From contig OZ024742.1 of the NCBI GenBank assembly GCA_964016885.1, positions 161,944,001 to 162,008,000 of the forward strand: a DNA stretch of 64,000 bases. Direction: 5' to 3'. Under the pieces are notes generated by a model. The model made no database searches. It saw nothing but the letters and a program-made list of their open reading frames with translations, and was not told the origin of the DNA. The position numbers and the translations under genes are program-made. Positions 12,501 to 27,066 of the stretch are shown here, in pieces (position 1 is the stretch's first letter; every line of letters starts with the position of its first letter). Source of the stretch: Eledone cirrhosa (taxonomy: Eukaryota).

Positions 12501-12733
12501 CAGTGTTATAGCACACAGTTCAGTGTTATAGCACACACACACTTTATCCTACATTATTTCTCACTTCTCCATATTCATTTTCATTACCTTTTCACCAATT
12601 TTTCATTTATTCTTTATTCTTTATTCTCTATTTATTTATTTATTTTCAAATTATACAAATTATATTAATTATTTTATTATATTATTTATTTATTTTCTGT
12701 TTTCTTCATTTATTGCCTTATATTTCTTCATTT

Positions 12734-12803
12734 CGCATCGGTAGGGGTTCTCCTACATGGATATGAAGTAGTGGCCGTACTCGAAAACGAGTAGGCAGCC
12801 ACC
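12734..12803 (+). mobile_element. 70-bp RTE 3' end (inverted duplicate of 15338-15407)
   Basis: Exact reverse complement of 15338-15407. Confidence 0.85.
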
Positions 12804-12836
12804 ATATATATATGTATATATATGAATATATATATG

Positions 12837-12867
<31 letters not shown>

Positions 12868-12938
12868 GTATATATATATATGTATATATATATATATGTA
12901 ATATATAAGATCAAAAGATGGTTAAAGGAGTTCCATGT

Positions 12939-13007
12939 ATTTTATTATGCGCATTTCAAAAACAAACATCATCATGCAATAATATTTGTGTTTTCATCAG
13001 ATAAAAC
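12939..13007 (-). ncRNA. Hammerhead ribozyme motif (family C pLTR, left arm)
   Basis: Reverse complement of 15126-15194. Confidence 0.7.
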
Positions 13008-15125
13008 AGGAGGACATGATATGAAGGCTAAAAAACACTTGTGGATAGTGCAGTTTTAAATCAACATATGAAAAGTAATTTTAGATTGATGTGTGATATT
13101 GGGAAAATATTTTGTTTAGAGAGAGGGGGTGGAAAGGATGAAAAAAAGGGGAGGAGATGAGAGTGAAGGTGGAGAGGGAGAGATGGGTGATAGAGAGAAA
13201 GAGATAGTTTTTATAACTGAGAAAAGATATATTGTTTTACATAGAGAGGTTGAAAACCGTTGGAAGATAATGTATAAATTAAAAGAATTTGAAAATTAAC
13301 GAAGGGAAAAATATGTACGAAGAAGGAGAGGGAGTTAATATGTATTGAGATTAAAAAGTTTGATGATAGAGAGAAAAGAATAATGTATTGCGGATGAATA
13401 TTATAACGTCAAAAAAAATTGTGTGTATGTTTACAAGTATTATGGAAATTTAAAAATTAACGAAGAGAAAAAATTATTAAGGATTTGAGAAAAATAATGT
13501 GAAGTTAAGGTTTGTATATTGAAGGAATTGATAATATGTGCGAAGAAAGAGTTAATATGTATTAAGAATGAGTTAGATGATGGGGAGAAAAAAATAATAA
13601 ATTAAGGATGAATAATCTAGCGTCAAAAACAAATCTATATGTTACGAAGGATTTTACAAGGTGAAGATAGAGTGAGGGTAATGAGTAAACAAGTATTATA
13701 GAGTGTATAATACCCTTTGAAGTAAGGTAGGAAGATGGGTATATTTTAAAAGAGGTGTATGTATATGTGCCTTTGAGAAAAGATTCTAAATTGATAAAGA
13801 ATTGAATATTAGCTGTATACTTTGTGAAAAGTCTTATGGAATTTATGTAAGCAGATAGAAAACAAATCTGTACGTCTATTTATTATAGAATCTAGATTAG
13901 AGATAATGGTAAATTTTTCATTTAGGCAGAGATTACAGATTTTAGATAGAGAGCTGTTCAAGTTTGAAGACGCAGAAGAAACCTTCTTCCAAAAAATGGT
14001 ATATTTAATGTTTTTGTCTTTCAAGGACCATATGAGTTCTGAGAGAGCCGTGTTGGTTCTTTTAAGTTTGTATTTAAAAGATGAATGATGATTATAGAGA
14101 CGAGCTTTAAAAGAGGTGGAAGTGGAGCCAAAATAGGTGAAGGAATTGGTGCTAGTTATAACTTTACATTCATAAATTAAGTTTTTATCAAGACAATGGT
14201 TGTTGAGAGGACATTTATTTTTAATGCGGCAGTTGCAATTAGAGAGATTATTAATGAGTGACCTAGTGTTATCTATAGAAGGAATTGGATTGGAGAGGTT
14301 GTTTGCGATAGGAATAATAGTTTCTTGATTTAGAGTTGGATTATGAACATTTAGCGAAGTTGTGTTTGACGTTGTATTTGGGTTTACAGAAATTAGCCTA
14401 GGGTTTACAATGACGTCGGGAGTACTATTACTGTTATTATGAAATTCAGTGTTGGAAGGAAGAGATTTAGTATTTAGTATTTTATTGTTGTGTTTAGAGA
14501 TAATGTTGGAAATATTGGAGGATGTAGAATAAGAAAATTTTATGGTGTGTTTGTTAAATATTTTACTATAGATATGTGAGGGAGGGAAGCATTTATTTAA
14601 GGCACTAAAGAATAATTTAGGAATATTGTTATTAATAGAGATGGAGAAAGGAGCATTATACCAGATTATGTTTTTGTATCTAGGTCTTTTATTAAAGTTA
14701 TTGTAATGATCATGATTAATTATTCTACTGTAAGTTTTTCTAGAATTTGTTTCTTTACTATATTTGATTTTATCAGGATAGCCGGCTTTAGAAAGTGCGT
14801 TATTATAGTAATTGGCGTTAGCATCAAAGACGTTAATTTTCAAATTCTTTTAATTTATACATTATCTTCCAACGGTTTTCAACCTCTCTATGTAAAACAA
14901 TATATCTTTTCTCAGTTATAAAAACTATCTCTTTCTCTCTATCACCCATCTCTCCCTCTCCACCTGCACTCTCATCTCCTCCCCTTTTTTTCATCCTTTC
15001 CACCCCCTCTCTCTAAACAAAATATTTTCCCAATATCACACATCAATCTAAAATTACTTTTCATATGTTGATTTAAAACTGCACTATCCACAAGTGTTTT
15101 TTTAGCCTTCATATCATGTCCTCCT

Positions 15126-15194
15126 GTTTTATCTGATGAAAACACAAATATTATTGCATGATGATGTTTGTTTTTGAAATGCGCATAATAAAAT
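15126..15194 (+). ncRNA. Hammerhead ribozyme motif (family C pLTR, right arm)
   Basis: GTTTTAT CTGATGA [AU-rich stem II] GAAA TGCGCA TA ATAAAAT; palindromic helix III. Confidence 0.7.
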
Positions 15195-15238
15195 ACATGG
15201 AACTCCTTTAACCATCTTTTGATCTTATATATTACACA

Positions 15239-15272
<34 letters not shown>

Positions 15273-15337
15273 CATATAGATATATATACATATATATATA
15301 TATACATATATATATTCATATATATACATATATATAT

Positions 15338-16672
<1,335 letters not shown>

Positions 16673-17973
16673 CAGGGCGTTCGGGATAAATTTGACAGTT
16701 TCATCAGGAAAAAGAAAAAGTGGTTGGTATCTACAAAATTTATTTGATTTAAAAGAAATTCAATGGACAAGGAAATTACACTATTGTCAAAGAGTTTTAC
16801 TCAAAATAACCGCCATTAGCGTCTATTACCGCCTCAATCCGGGCCCAGAACCTGGAGCAAGCTGATTTTACACTTTCCCTGGGAAGGCCCTCAAAAACTA
16901 CTTTAATTCTGTCGATTAACTGGGCTTTTGTAGTACTGGCATGGCGATTGGTGTCTTTCTCTACAGCGCCCCACACATAATAGTCCATCGGGTTAAGATC
17001 AGGGGAGTTCGGAGGCCAAACATTGGGACTGGTGTAGTCGTAAAAATTGGCTGACAACCATTTTTGACTTTTCCCCGAGGTGTGGAAGGGGGCCGAATAC
17101 TGCTGCCATACATACGGCCTATTATTGGCTACCCTTGTTATCCAGGTCTTAACTACAGTGGTTAGCAATTCCACGTAGGCATCTGAATTCAACCTGAGAC
17201 CCTGTTTGAAAAAATGCGGAGGCATCACATCACCCTCGGAGGACACACATCCGAAAACCATGACAGTTTGGGGAAATTTAGTCTGCATGACTCGAGGAGT
17301 GTCCTTTGGACTGTATGCAGGTCATCTGTTATTCTGCGCGTTGTGTTTTTGATCTTGGCAAAAGTTTTTCTCATCGGAAAAGAACCAGATTGTTTGTGCT
17401 TCAGCAGGATGTTTCACTTTGCTCAGAAGTTTCTTCGCCTTTGTCAGACGATTTTCGCGGGCCTTTTCTGTGAGAAGTTGACCTCTGCGACGCTTGTATG
17501 AGTAGTAGCGAAGGTCTTCATTGAGTGCAATTTTCATAGTAGAGGCTGAAACATTCAATTCACGCGACAAAGACCGAATTCCGATGCCAGGGTCCTCCAA
17601 CACTTTTTTCTGCAGATTTTCGAGGAATTCTGCTGTGCGAGAGCAATCAGATCTTCTGTTATGTTTCTTTCTTCTAGCCACAGCCTCGCAGTCTCCATTG
17701 CAATTCTCCAGTTCATGCCGGATTGTTTTTACAGTGTTCAGGGAGCATTGAGCAGCGACCATAATCTCCTTATTTTGATGGCCGGCGCGAATCATCATGA
17801 TACAAGTTATTCTCTTCCATGATTCAGGTGGCTCCCAGTCATCATTCTCGTTGTCATCACATATGAATGAAGGAGGGTTTAAACTTTCAAATAAAGCCTA
17901 GTGGGCATGAATGAATTTAAAACATCTGAAAAAACAACCAAATATTATTCTGTCAAATTTATCCCGAACACCC

Positions 17974-17975
<2 letters not shown>
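16673..17975 (-). mobile_element. Tc1/mariner superfamily transposon, maT (DD37D) type, inactive
   Basis: 26-bp TIRs CAGGGYGTTCGGGATAAATTTGACAG flanked by TA. Transposase ~17864-16797 with WFFSDEK, WQQ(D>Y)SAP and SPDLNPMD, 37-aa spacing, one internal stop at 17322. Confidence 0.93.
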
Positions 17976-18039
<64 letters not shown>

Positions 18040-18248
18040 TACATATATATATATATACATATATACATATATATATATACATATATACATAAATATATAT
18101 ATATACATATATATACATAAATATATATATACATATATATACATAAATATATATATACATATATATACATATACATATATATACATAAATATATATATAC
18201 ATATATATACATATACATATATATACATATACATATACATATATATAC

Positions 18249-18286
<38 letters not shown>

Positions 18287-18399
18287 ACATATACATATAC
18301 ATATATATACATATATATATATATACATATACATACATATACATATATATACATATACATATATATACATATATATATATACATATATATATATACATG

Positions 18400-20005
18400 C
18401 AGTGCCCCGCAAAAGTTTACAACACATTAGGAAAAATGCGGTTTTAGGTATTTTCAATAAAATTAGGGTAATGAAAATGTAACTACTAATAGAACATATA
18501 ATGAGGCAGTTAATGATACAATCATATTTAAAAAAAAAATAACAAGGAAATAACTCATGAAGAAAAATCAATATTTTTATAACGCAAAAGTTTACAACCC
18601 ATTTTATATTTATCGCTTTTTTTCAAGAAAATTCTTAAATTTTCAGATTTAAAATTCAGTAGAATGTTCTAGATTAGGTTTAAGGTAACTTCTAAGGACA
18701 ATTAAAAACATTACGTCATTATTTGTCTGACACCCATCCTATAAACATTGACAACCATTCTGTAAACATTGACAATATGGGGAAAAATAAACTGATTGAT
18801 CAAGACCTCCGTAAACACATTGTAGACCTTCATACAAATAGTGTTGGTTATAGAAAGATATCTTGTCAGTTAAATGTGCCATTGAGTTCAGTTGGTACTA
18901 TAATTCGTCACTGGAAATCTCATCATTCCATCTGTCCTCTAATTAATTATGGTCGTCCTAGAAAGATAATGGAACGTGCAGCTCGGTTATTGACGAGAAA
19001 GGTTGGCAACGAACCCCGGTGTACTCATTAAAATCTTTAGGATGACCTAGAAGGAAGTCGAGTAAAAGTGAGCACAGATACAATTAGTCGTTCACTTCGT
19101 CGATATGATATCTTCTCGAGGTCTCCAAGGAAAACACCACTTCTTACGAGGACACACGTTCTTCGTCGATTAAACTTTGCAAATGAGCATCTCATCAAAC
19201 CTGCATCATTTTGGGAAGATGTATTTTGGTCAGACGAAACAAAAATTGAACTTTTTGGTCGAAATGCTGTCGCAAAAGTCTGGAGAAAGAAAGGTACTGA
19301 ATATTCGCCGAAGAATACTATTCCAACTGTAAAATTTGGAGGTGGATCAATCATGGTCTGGGGTTGCTTTAGTGCCACAGGTGTAGGAAATATTGAAATA
19401 ATAGAAGGAAGAATGGATGGCGCTTATTATAGAGGTATTTTGCAAAGGAATTTACATCAAAGTACACATTCTCTCAGCTTAAAGCCAATTTGGTTTTTTC
19501 AACAAGACAACGATCCAAATCATACTGCAAAGCTAACACAATCTTGGTTAAGTACGAATGGAACAAATGTTCTAAAATGGTCAAGTCAGTCTCCAGATCT
19601 TAACCCGATCAAAAATTTGTGGAGAGAACTGAAACTCAGAATTCAAAACAGGAAACCCCAAAATATCCCTGAACTAAAGAAAATTTGTTGTGAAAAATGG
19701 AAAAATATTAGACAAGAAGTTTGTAGGAGGCTATTCCAAATGCCTACAGGCTGTAATTAGCAACAAAGGTTACGTTACAAAATATTAAGAGATGATTTAA
19801 TAATTCTGTTTTAAAATTTTGCGTTATAAAAATATTGATTTTTCTTCATGAGTTATTTCCTTGTTATTTTTTTAAAAATATAATTGTATCATTAAATGCC
19901 TCATTATATGTTCTATCAGTAGTTAAATTTTCATTAACCTAACTTTATTAAAAATACCTAAATCCGTATTTTTCCTAATGTGTTGTAAAGTTTTGCGGGG
20001 CACTG
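18400..20005 (+). mobile_element. Tc1 (DD34E) transposon with long IR/DR-type TIRs, inactive
   Basis: CAGTG...CACTG ends; ~190-200 bp TIRs with internal direct repeat CGCAAAAGTTTACAAC. Transposase 18777-19788 with GRPRK, WSDETK, QQDNDP and SPDLNPI(E>K), 34-aa spacing, stops and a frameshift. Confidence 0.94.
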
Positions 20006-20113
20006 TATATATATATATATACATATATACATATATATATATACATATATATATATACATATATATATATACATATATATATATACATATATATATATAC
20101 ATATATATATATA

Positions 20114-20331
20114 GGAACGATCGACTTTCGTCAAATTGGACCGAGGAAACAATGTTTCCGTTGGTCTTTCCAATTGCTAATACTATCTATCGGTCGCAAC
20201 TCCAGGTAGAAGGAGCGACGTGAAATAAAGTGTCTTGCTCAAGGACATAACGCATTGCCTGGTCCAGAAATCGAACTCACAACCTTTTGATTGCGAATCC
20301 AATTCTCTAGCCGCTCAGCCACACGCCTTCA
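20114..20331 (-). mobile_element. tRNA-derived SINE with structured tail
   Basis: A box and B box (GTTCGATT), conserved body TCCTTGAGCAAGACACTTTATTTCACG; near-identical to 32196-32414. Confidence 0.85.
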
Positions 20332-20593
20332 ATATATATATATATATATACACATATATATATATATACACATATATATACATATATATATATACACATA
20401 AATATATATACACATATATATATATACATATATATACACATATATATACATATATATATATACACATATATATATATACATATATATTTATACACATATA
20501 TATATATACATATATATATATATACATAAATATATATACATATATACATATATATACATATATATATACATATATATACATATACATATATAT

Positions 20594-20662
<69 letters not shown>

Positions 20663-20762
20663 CATTTGATTCCACTTCATTTACTCTCATCTCGGGAACA
20701 GTTTTGGATAGCGCTAGTTCGTAATTTAAATTCAAGAATTTTATATTCTTCGAATGAAAAGA

Positions 20763-20846
20763 ACCTTCTGACGAGAATCTTTCTTTGCAACGAAGGCCGT
20801 ATGGTCTCCGTTTATTTTTGAGATTCGAAACCGATTCGGTAAAGGT
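20763..20846 (+). ncRNA. Type I hammerhead ribozyme, canonical core
   Basis: ACCTT CTGACGA GAATCT...AGATTC GAAA CCGATTCGG TA AAGGT; GUA cleavage triplet, predicted cut after 20841. Confidence 0.88.
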
Positions 20847-21258
20847 AATTATAGTAAGTAAAGTCGATTTTTTAAAATTTATTTTGAATCTTTATTTTGA
20901 AACTTTTTCATTATTTGCTAAACCTGATTATATATGTTCTGGCTCGTTAATTTATTAACCTGCCATTGAACCACATTGGCATATGGTAGGACAATACATG
21001 TGTCCCTTAGCGCTTTGTGCGTGTAGGAACACATATCCTATTATTACTTAACTCCTCTATGTTGAGAAAAAATTTGGTCGTTCCGACTGCTGCTAGTAAT
21101 ATTGGTGGCCGATTGACCTACCTCCCTCTGCCTCTATCTTTACTTTCGGCCCTTGAAAAAATTGATTCCACTTCATTTACTCTCATCTCGGGAAGAGTTT
21201 TGGATAGCGCTAGTTCGTAATTTAAATTCAAGAATTTTATATTCTTCGAATGAAAAGA

Positions 21259-21342
21259 ACCTTCTGACGAGAATCTTTCTTTGCAACGAAGGCCGTATGG
21301 TTTCCGTTTATTTTTGAGATTCGAAACCGATTCGGTAAACGT
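21259..21342 (+). ncRNA. Type I hammerhead ribozyme, second copy (one stem I mismatch)
   Basis: Same as 20763-20846 except the 3' strand reads AACGT; predicted cut after 21337. Confidence 0.8.
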
Positions 21343-21411
21343 AACTATAGTAAGTAAAGTCGATTTTTAAAAATTTATTTTGAAACTTTTTCATTATTTG
21401 CTAAACCTGAT

Positions 21412-21415
<4 letters not shown>

Positions 21416-21445
<30 letters not shown>

Positions 21446-21796
21446 TATACATATACATATATATACATATATATAAATATATATACATATACATATATAC
21501 ATATATACACATATATATATACATATATATACATATATACATATATATACATATACATATATACATATATATACATATACATATATACATATATATACAT
21601 ATACATATATATATACATATATATAAATATATATATATACATATACTTATATATATATATACATATATATACATATACTTATATATATATATATATACAT
21701 ATATATACATATATATACATATACATATATATATATATACATATATATATACATATATATACATATATATACATATATATACATATATACATATAC

Positions 21797-21828
<32 letters not shown>

Positions 21829-22435
21829 ATATATATACATATATACACATATATATATACATATATACACATATATACACATATATATATATACATATAT
21901 ACACATATATATACATATATACATATAAACATATATATTTATACATATATATATATACATATATATATAGATATATATATATATACATATATATATATAC
22001 ATATACATATATATATATATACATATATATACATATACATACATATACATATATATACATATATATACATATACATATATATATACATATATATACATAT
22101 ACATATATATATACATATATATACATATACATATATATATACATAGATATACATATACATATACATATATATAAACATATATATACATATAGATACATAT
22201 ACATATATATAAACATATATATACATATAGATACATATACATATATATATCTATACATATACATATATATATACATATACACACATATATATACATATAT
22301 ACATATATATATACATATATACATATATATACATATATATATATACATATATATAGATACATATATACATATATATACATATATATATATACATATATAT
22401 AGATACATATATATATATATAATATATATATATAC

Positions 22436-22475
<40 letters not shown>

Positions 22476-22485
22476 CATATACACC

Positions 22486-22518
<33 letters not shown>

Positions 22519-22799
22519 ATATATACATATACATATATATATATATACACATATATATATACATATATATACATATACATATATATATATATACACATAT
22601 ATATATACATATATATATATATATACATATATATATACATATATATATACACATATATATATACATATATATATATATATACACATATATATATATATAC
22701 ACATATATATATATATACACATATATATATATACACATATATATATATATACACATATATATATATACATATATATATATACATATATACATATATATT
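21416..22799. repeat. (TA)n/TACA tract
   Basis: Read directly from sequence. Confidence 0.96.
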
Positions 22800-24335
22800 T
22801 CGTTTCTGAATTTGTTTAGCAAGATTCTTTATCTGAAATCGTGTGTTGAAACCGATATTGTTATACTTTGGGAGGGTCATGTTGCCAATAAGAAACACAC
22901 GCACCAGTTGCTTTCACTTCAATTTATTATAATAAATTTATAATAAATTTATAAATTTCTGGTTGGTTGGTTGGTTCCACAACCAGATAGTTGTTTATAT
23001 ATAGTCATAGTTCTTTTGTCACACACTCTGTGACCTCTTCAGTGACTGGGGTTCCCTTTCTTTGTTTCTGTGCCTCTCCTTTATTCTGTCCTACGCCATT
23101 TTGTTTCTGTGTGTGTGTTGTGTGCTCAGTCTGCGCATGCGCCACATCCGGGTGTCTGTGTGTGTTTATGTTCATTTATTTCTTTGTTTATTTACACGTT
23201 ACTGGTTGGTTGTTTGTTCTATGTGTGTGTGTGTTTTCATTTTGTCCTTAATTGTAAGTTGTGATGTTGCTATTCCACTCATATTTTCTATTTAATTTTG
23301 GTTGTAATTCTGTTATGTTTATTGCCTCTGTAATTTGTCTAAACATTGCGTCTTTTCTGTGTGTAGATTCTATTTTTATTTATATGTTCTCTAATTTACC
23401 CTTGTCTTCTATTTTAGCATGTTGGTAGAGTACAGATGATTCTTTACTCTCTTGAAGGTCTCGCCAGTGTTCATTTATCCGTTCCCCTACACTACGAGCT
23501 GTCTCACCTATGTACACTACATTTTTGTCTCTACATTGTCCTTCGGTACATCTTATGCTATACACTACATTTCTAGTTTTACAGTTAATATGGGGGCTTA
23601 TTTTACAGGTTATACATTTCTTATCTATACATGAGGGTCTTTGAAAAGGGTATGTCTTGCTAATGAGTGTTTTTACGGAGGTACCTGGTCTTTCTACTAT
23701 CTTAATATTGAGTTTATGTTTATTTAGGGCCCTTCTAAATTTGTAAGCTAATTCACCTCTAGGGGTTGTATCGATGAACATTACACTCTGGTATTTATTG
23801 CTATCATATCATGAGTTTATTCTATTAGCCTTGTTCCTAGTTCTTTCTATTCTATTCCAAAATTTGCTCCTATACAAGGGGCAGGTCCCATTTATGTCAT
23901 TATTTACCATTTTTTCCCATTTGGTTCTGGCTCCTCTATACACTCTGATTTTATCTCTCTGATTGTAGCCAGAGAACTGCATACGGTGGATGAAGTGTTG
24001 TATGTGTCTCTCTAGTTCTTCGGGGTTGCACATGCGGGACGCGTTTCTCATCACCCGTACCAAATCCGCAATCAGTATGTTGATTTTGGTATGGTGCGAA
24101 ACGTCCGAGTTTCGGTGGATCAGATGTTTGGAAGTCATGGGTTTGGCATAATGGGAATGGAGGATTTGTTTTTTATTATTAATGGTATCTAACCAGAGCT
24201 CTGTATCTAGTACAGGTAATCGATGGTTGGGGTGTTTACTTGGGTATTCTATAGTAACTCTAATGCTCTGGTGGATGGAGTTTGCTATTTGCTGGATGCT
24301 TTCCATTGTTTTTCTCTAGTTCCTGAGTGTTCTCT
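22800..24335 (-). mobile_element. PLE family A, 5'-truncated copy
   Basis: ORFs 23809-24306 and 23380-23781 (LPVLD, HYAKPM, YIGET). pLTR matches 553-1100; HHR at 23003-23047 has GAAA mutated to AAAA. Confidence 0.92.
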
Positions 24336-24529
24336 ATATAGATATATACATATATATATATATACATATATAAGTATATATATATATACATATATAGATA
24401 TATACATATATACATATATATATATATACATATATACATATATATATATATACATATATAGATATATACATATATATATATATATATACATATATATATA
24501 CATATATATATACATTTATAGATATATAC

Positions 24530-24574
<45 letters not shown>

Positions 24575-24840
24575 GCGGCGATGAATTAGTTTTGCGAGGT
24601 TTTTTATATGAAATCGTGTGTCGAAACAGATATTGTTATATTTGGGGAGGGTCATATTTGCGTAATATTGCCAGAATTAATAACAGAACACACTCACTGT
24701 TTGGTTGGTTTTCGCTTCTCGCTGTCTTTTATATATATATATCTGCGATCTAACTTACTCGGTCCTCAATGTTGCCATTGACTGACCGGCGGTCAAAAAT
24801 AATACAGATACAATATAGACAAACACATATATATATAGTT

Positions 24841-24883
24841 TACATAAATCTTTCGTTGCACATCTGCAACATCGTCAGTGGTG
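24841..24883 (-). ncRNA. Hammerhead-like motif (family D pLTR), weak stem I
   Basis: Mirror of 29594-29636. Confidence 0.55.
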
Positions 24884-25144
24884 TTATATTCATTGTTCCT
24901 CCTGTTGTGTTGTATGTCTACGCCATTTTTTTTTGTTCAGTCTGTCTATATATTTATTTATTTATTTGCTTGTTTGTTTATCTTATTTTATTTTGTCTTC
25001 TTTGCGCATGCGTTTGCGTGTGTGTATAGTGTGATGTGTGACTAGTGTGTATCGTGTTGTGTCTGCTGGGTGACTAGTGTGTGTTTATGTGCTTGTGTAT
25101 GTATTTATTTATCTTATTTTATTTAATTTAATTTACTTATTTAT

Positions 25145-27066
25145 TTATACTTCTCTTAGGTCAGTGTTGTTTGTTTGGGTGTTGTTGTTGTTCCACTCAT
25201 TCTTTCTGTTTAGCTTTGGTTTTCTAATTTCTATTTCACTGGCCTCTCTGATTTGCCTATCTGCTGGGTCATTCCTATGTTTAGATATTATTCTAATTTC
25301 TATGTTGTCTATGTTACCGTCATGATGTTGTCTAGCATGTTCGTATAGTACTGACCCGTTTTTTCGTCCTTTTAGTTCCCCCCAGTGTTGGTCTATCCTT
25401 TCACCTATGCTACGAGCTGTCTCACCTATGTATGTTGTTGTCGTGTTTCTGCAAGTACCCTCTGTACATCTTATGCTATAGACTACGTTTCTAGTTTTAC
25501 AGTTTATCCGGGGGTTCACCTTACATATGATACATTTCCTATTGGTACAGTGGGTTTTCTTAAAAGGGTAGGTTTTGCTGATCAGGGATTTTATGGTGGT
25601 TCCTGGCTTTTCTACCACCTTTATTTTTAAGTGGGTCTTTCTCAGGGCCTTTCTACACTGGTTAGCTAATTTCCCTCCAGGGGTGGCGTCCACAAACATG
25701 ACACTCTGATATCTCTGGTTGTCGTACCATGATGTGGCCTTCCCTATCTTATGTCTAGCCCTATCTAAGCTATTCCATGATTTGCTCCTGTATAGTGGGC
25801 AAATTCCTTTCATGTCCAGTTCTATGAGGGTCTTATACTTTTCCATGGCTCCTTCGTATACTCTGACTCTGTCTCTTTGGTTGTAGCCAGAGAACTGCAT
25901 GCGGTTGATGAAGTGTTGGATGTGTCCTTCCATTTCTGTTGGGTCGCACATGCTGGACACATTCTTCATCACTCGTACCAAATCTGCGATCAGAATATTA
26001 AACTTAGCACTACTGGACATTGCTGAGTTTTTGAGTATCAGGTATTTGGAGGCCATGGGTTTAGCATAGTGTGAGTGGAGAATTTGGGCTCTCTCGTCTA
26101 TAGTGTTAATCCAGAGTTCTGTGTCTAATACAGGTAGTCTATTGTTAGGGTGTTTGGAAGGGAAGTCTATAGTTACAGTTATACTCTGGTGTATGGAATT
26201 AGCTATCTGCTGGATGCTTTCCATCGTGCTACGTTCTAAATCAAACTTGTTAGTGCTCTCTAGTGGGGGTGTTCTTATAACTATATTGATATCATCTACA
26301 TAACGAGAGTACATGATGAGGTCTATGGAGCTTTCATTAAGGAGATCTTTAAGTCTCCTTTCCCACCATACCATGAAAAGGTTGGCAACATCGCCAGCTA
26401 TGCTGACGCCGATGGCTGCTCCCTCATTTTGGGTGTAGATTTTCTCATTGAACTTAAATATGTGGCCCTTTAGGGTAGTTTTGATACTAGCCCCTATTGC
26501 ATGTGCGACCATTTTTCTTACCTGATCAGTGTTTTGGGGGGTCCGTATAGCTTTGGTCCACCCAATCCACCTTCCTATGGGAGTCTTTTTAGCCATTGAG
26601 GTTATGGTGGGGGGTCTACCTCTTATAGGTCTACTAGGGCAGAAACATCTAAGGTCATGGCTGTCTAGGTAGTCAGTGTCGTAGGTAAGTCTAAGTAGGA
26701 GGCCTAGTTCGTCTGTGTCGACGTCGCAGAACTCCACCTCACTCTCAATGATCATCTCCACACATCTTTTCACAGCAAAATCAATGTTAATGGATGGGTA
26801 CAGTGACACCACATCCATGCTGCCTATTATGCAGTTGGATAGGCTCCTGTTTTTGTTGCACTCACTGATTCTGCTGAGGAGGTCCTCTGTACTTTCACAT
26901 ACATCTGGGGACATCTTGATTATGGGGCGTATAACCATCGAGAGGAAGTAGGAGATCCTGTAGTTGCTAGCTATATTAGCTCCGCATACAGGTCTTGTTG
27001 GTGGTCCTATTGTCGGGTCGTCGACTGTCTTGTGGTCTTTGCGGAGCCCATACAAGGGTGGTATGC
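25145..27066 (-). CDS. PLE RT plus GIY-YIG endonuclease, 5'-truncated inverted copy
   Basis: Identical to 27411-29332. The N-terminal ~22 aa in the ORF track are antisense spacer sequence. Confidence 0.85.

Larger units (their letters stand above)
8835..12731 (-). mobile_element. Penelope-like element family B (GLYRDD-type RT; clade uncertain, possibly Nematis-like), 5'-truncated with an inverted 3' UTR piece at 12525-12731
   Basis: RT (GLYRDD, NFLD) in 11438-11965; WYNPPYS, CNCR-CPL-C, VY..YIG and CKLCLNE..CRH in 10263-11321; 12525-12731 is the reverse complement of 9605-9818. Left boundary inferred from the HHR and the TA tract. Confidence 0.82.
12900..15235 (-). mobile_element. Penelope-like element family C (AT-rich relative of B), 5'-truncated with inverted pLTR
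   Basis: ORF 13809-14830 has WYNAPFS, CNCR..CPL..C, IY..YFG and CNLCLNEK..CLH. 12900-13301 is the reverse complement of 14831-15235. Confidence 0.87.
20665..21415 (+). mobile_element. Retrozyme-like non-coding element: ~250-270 bp direct repeats (20665-20935 and 21162-21415), each containing a hammerhead
   Basis: Direct repeat period 496 bp, no credible ORF, TA tracts on both flanks. Confidence 0.8.
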
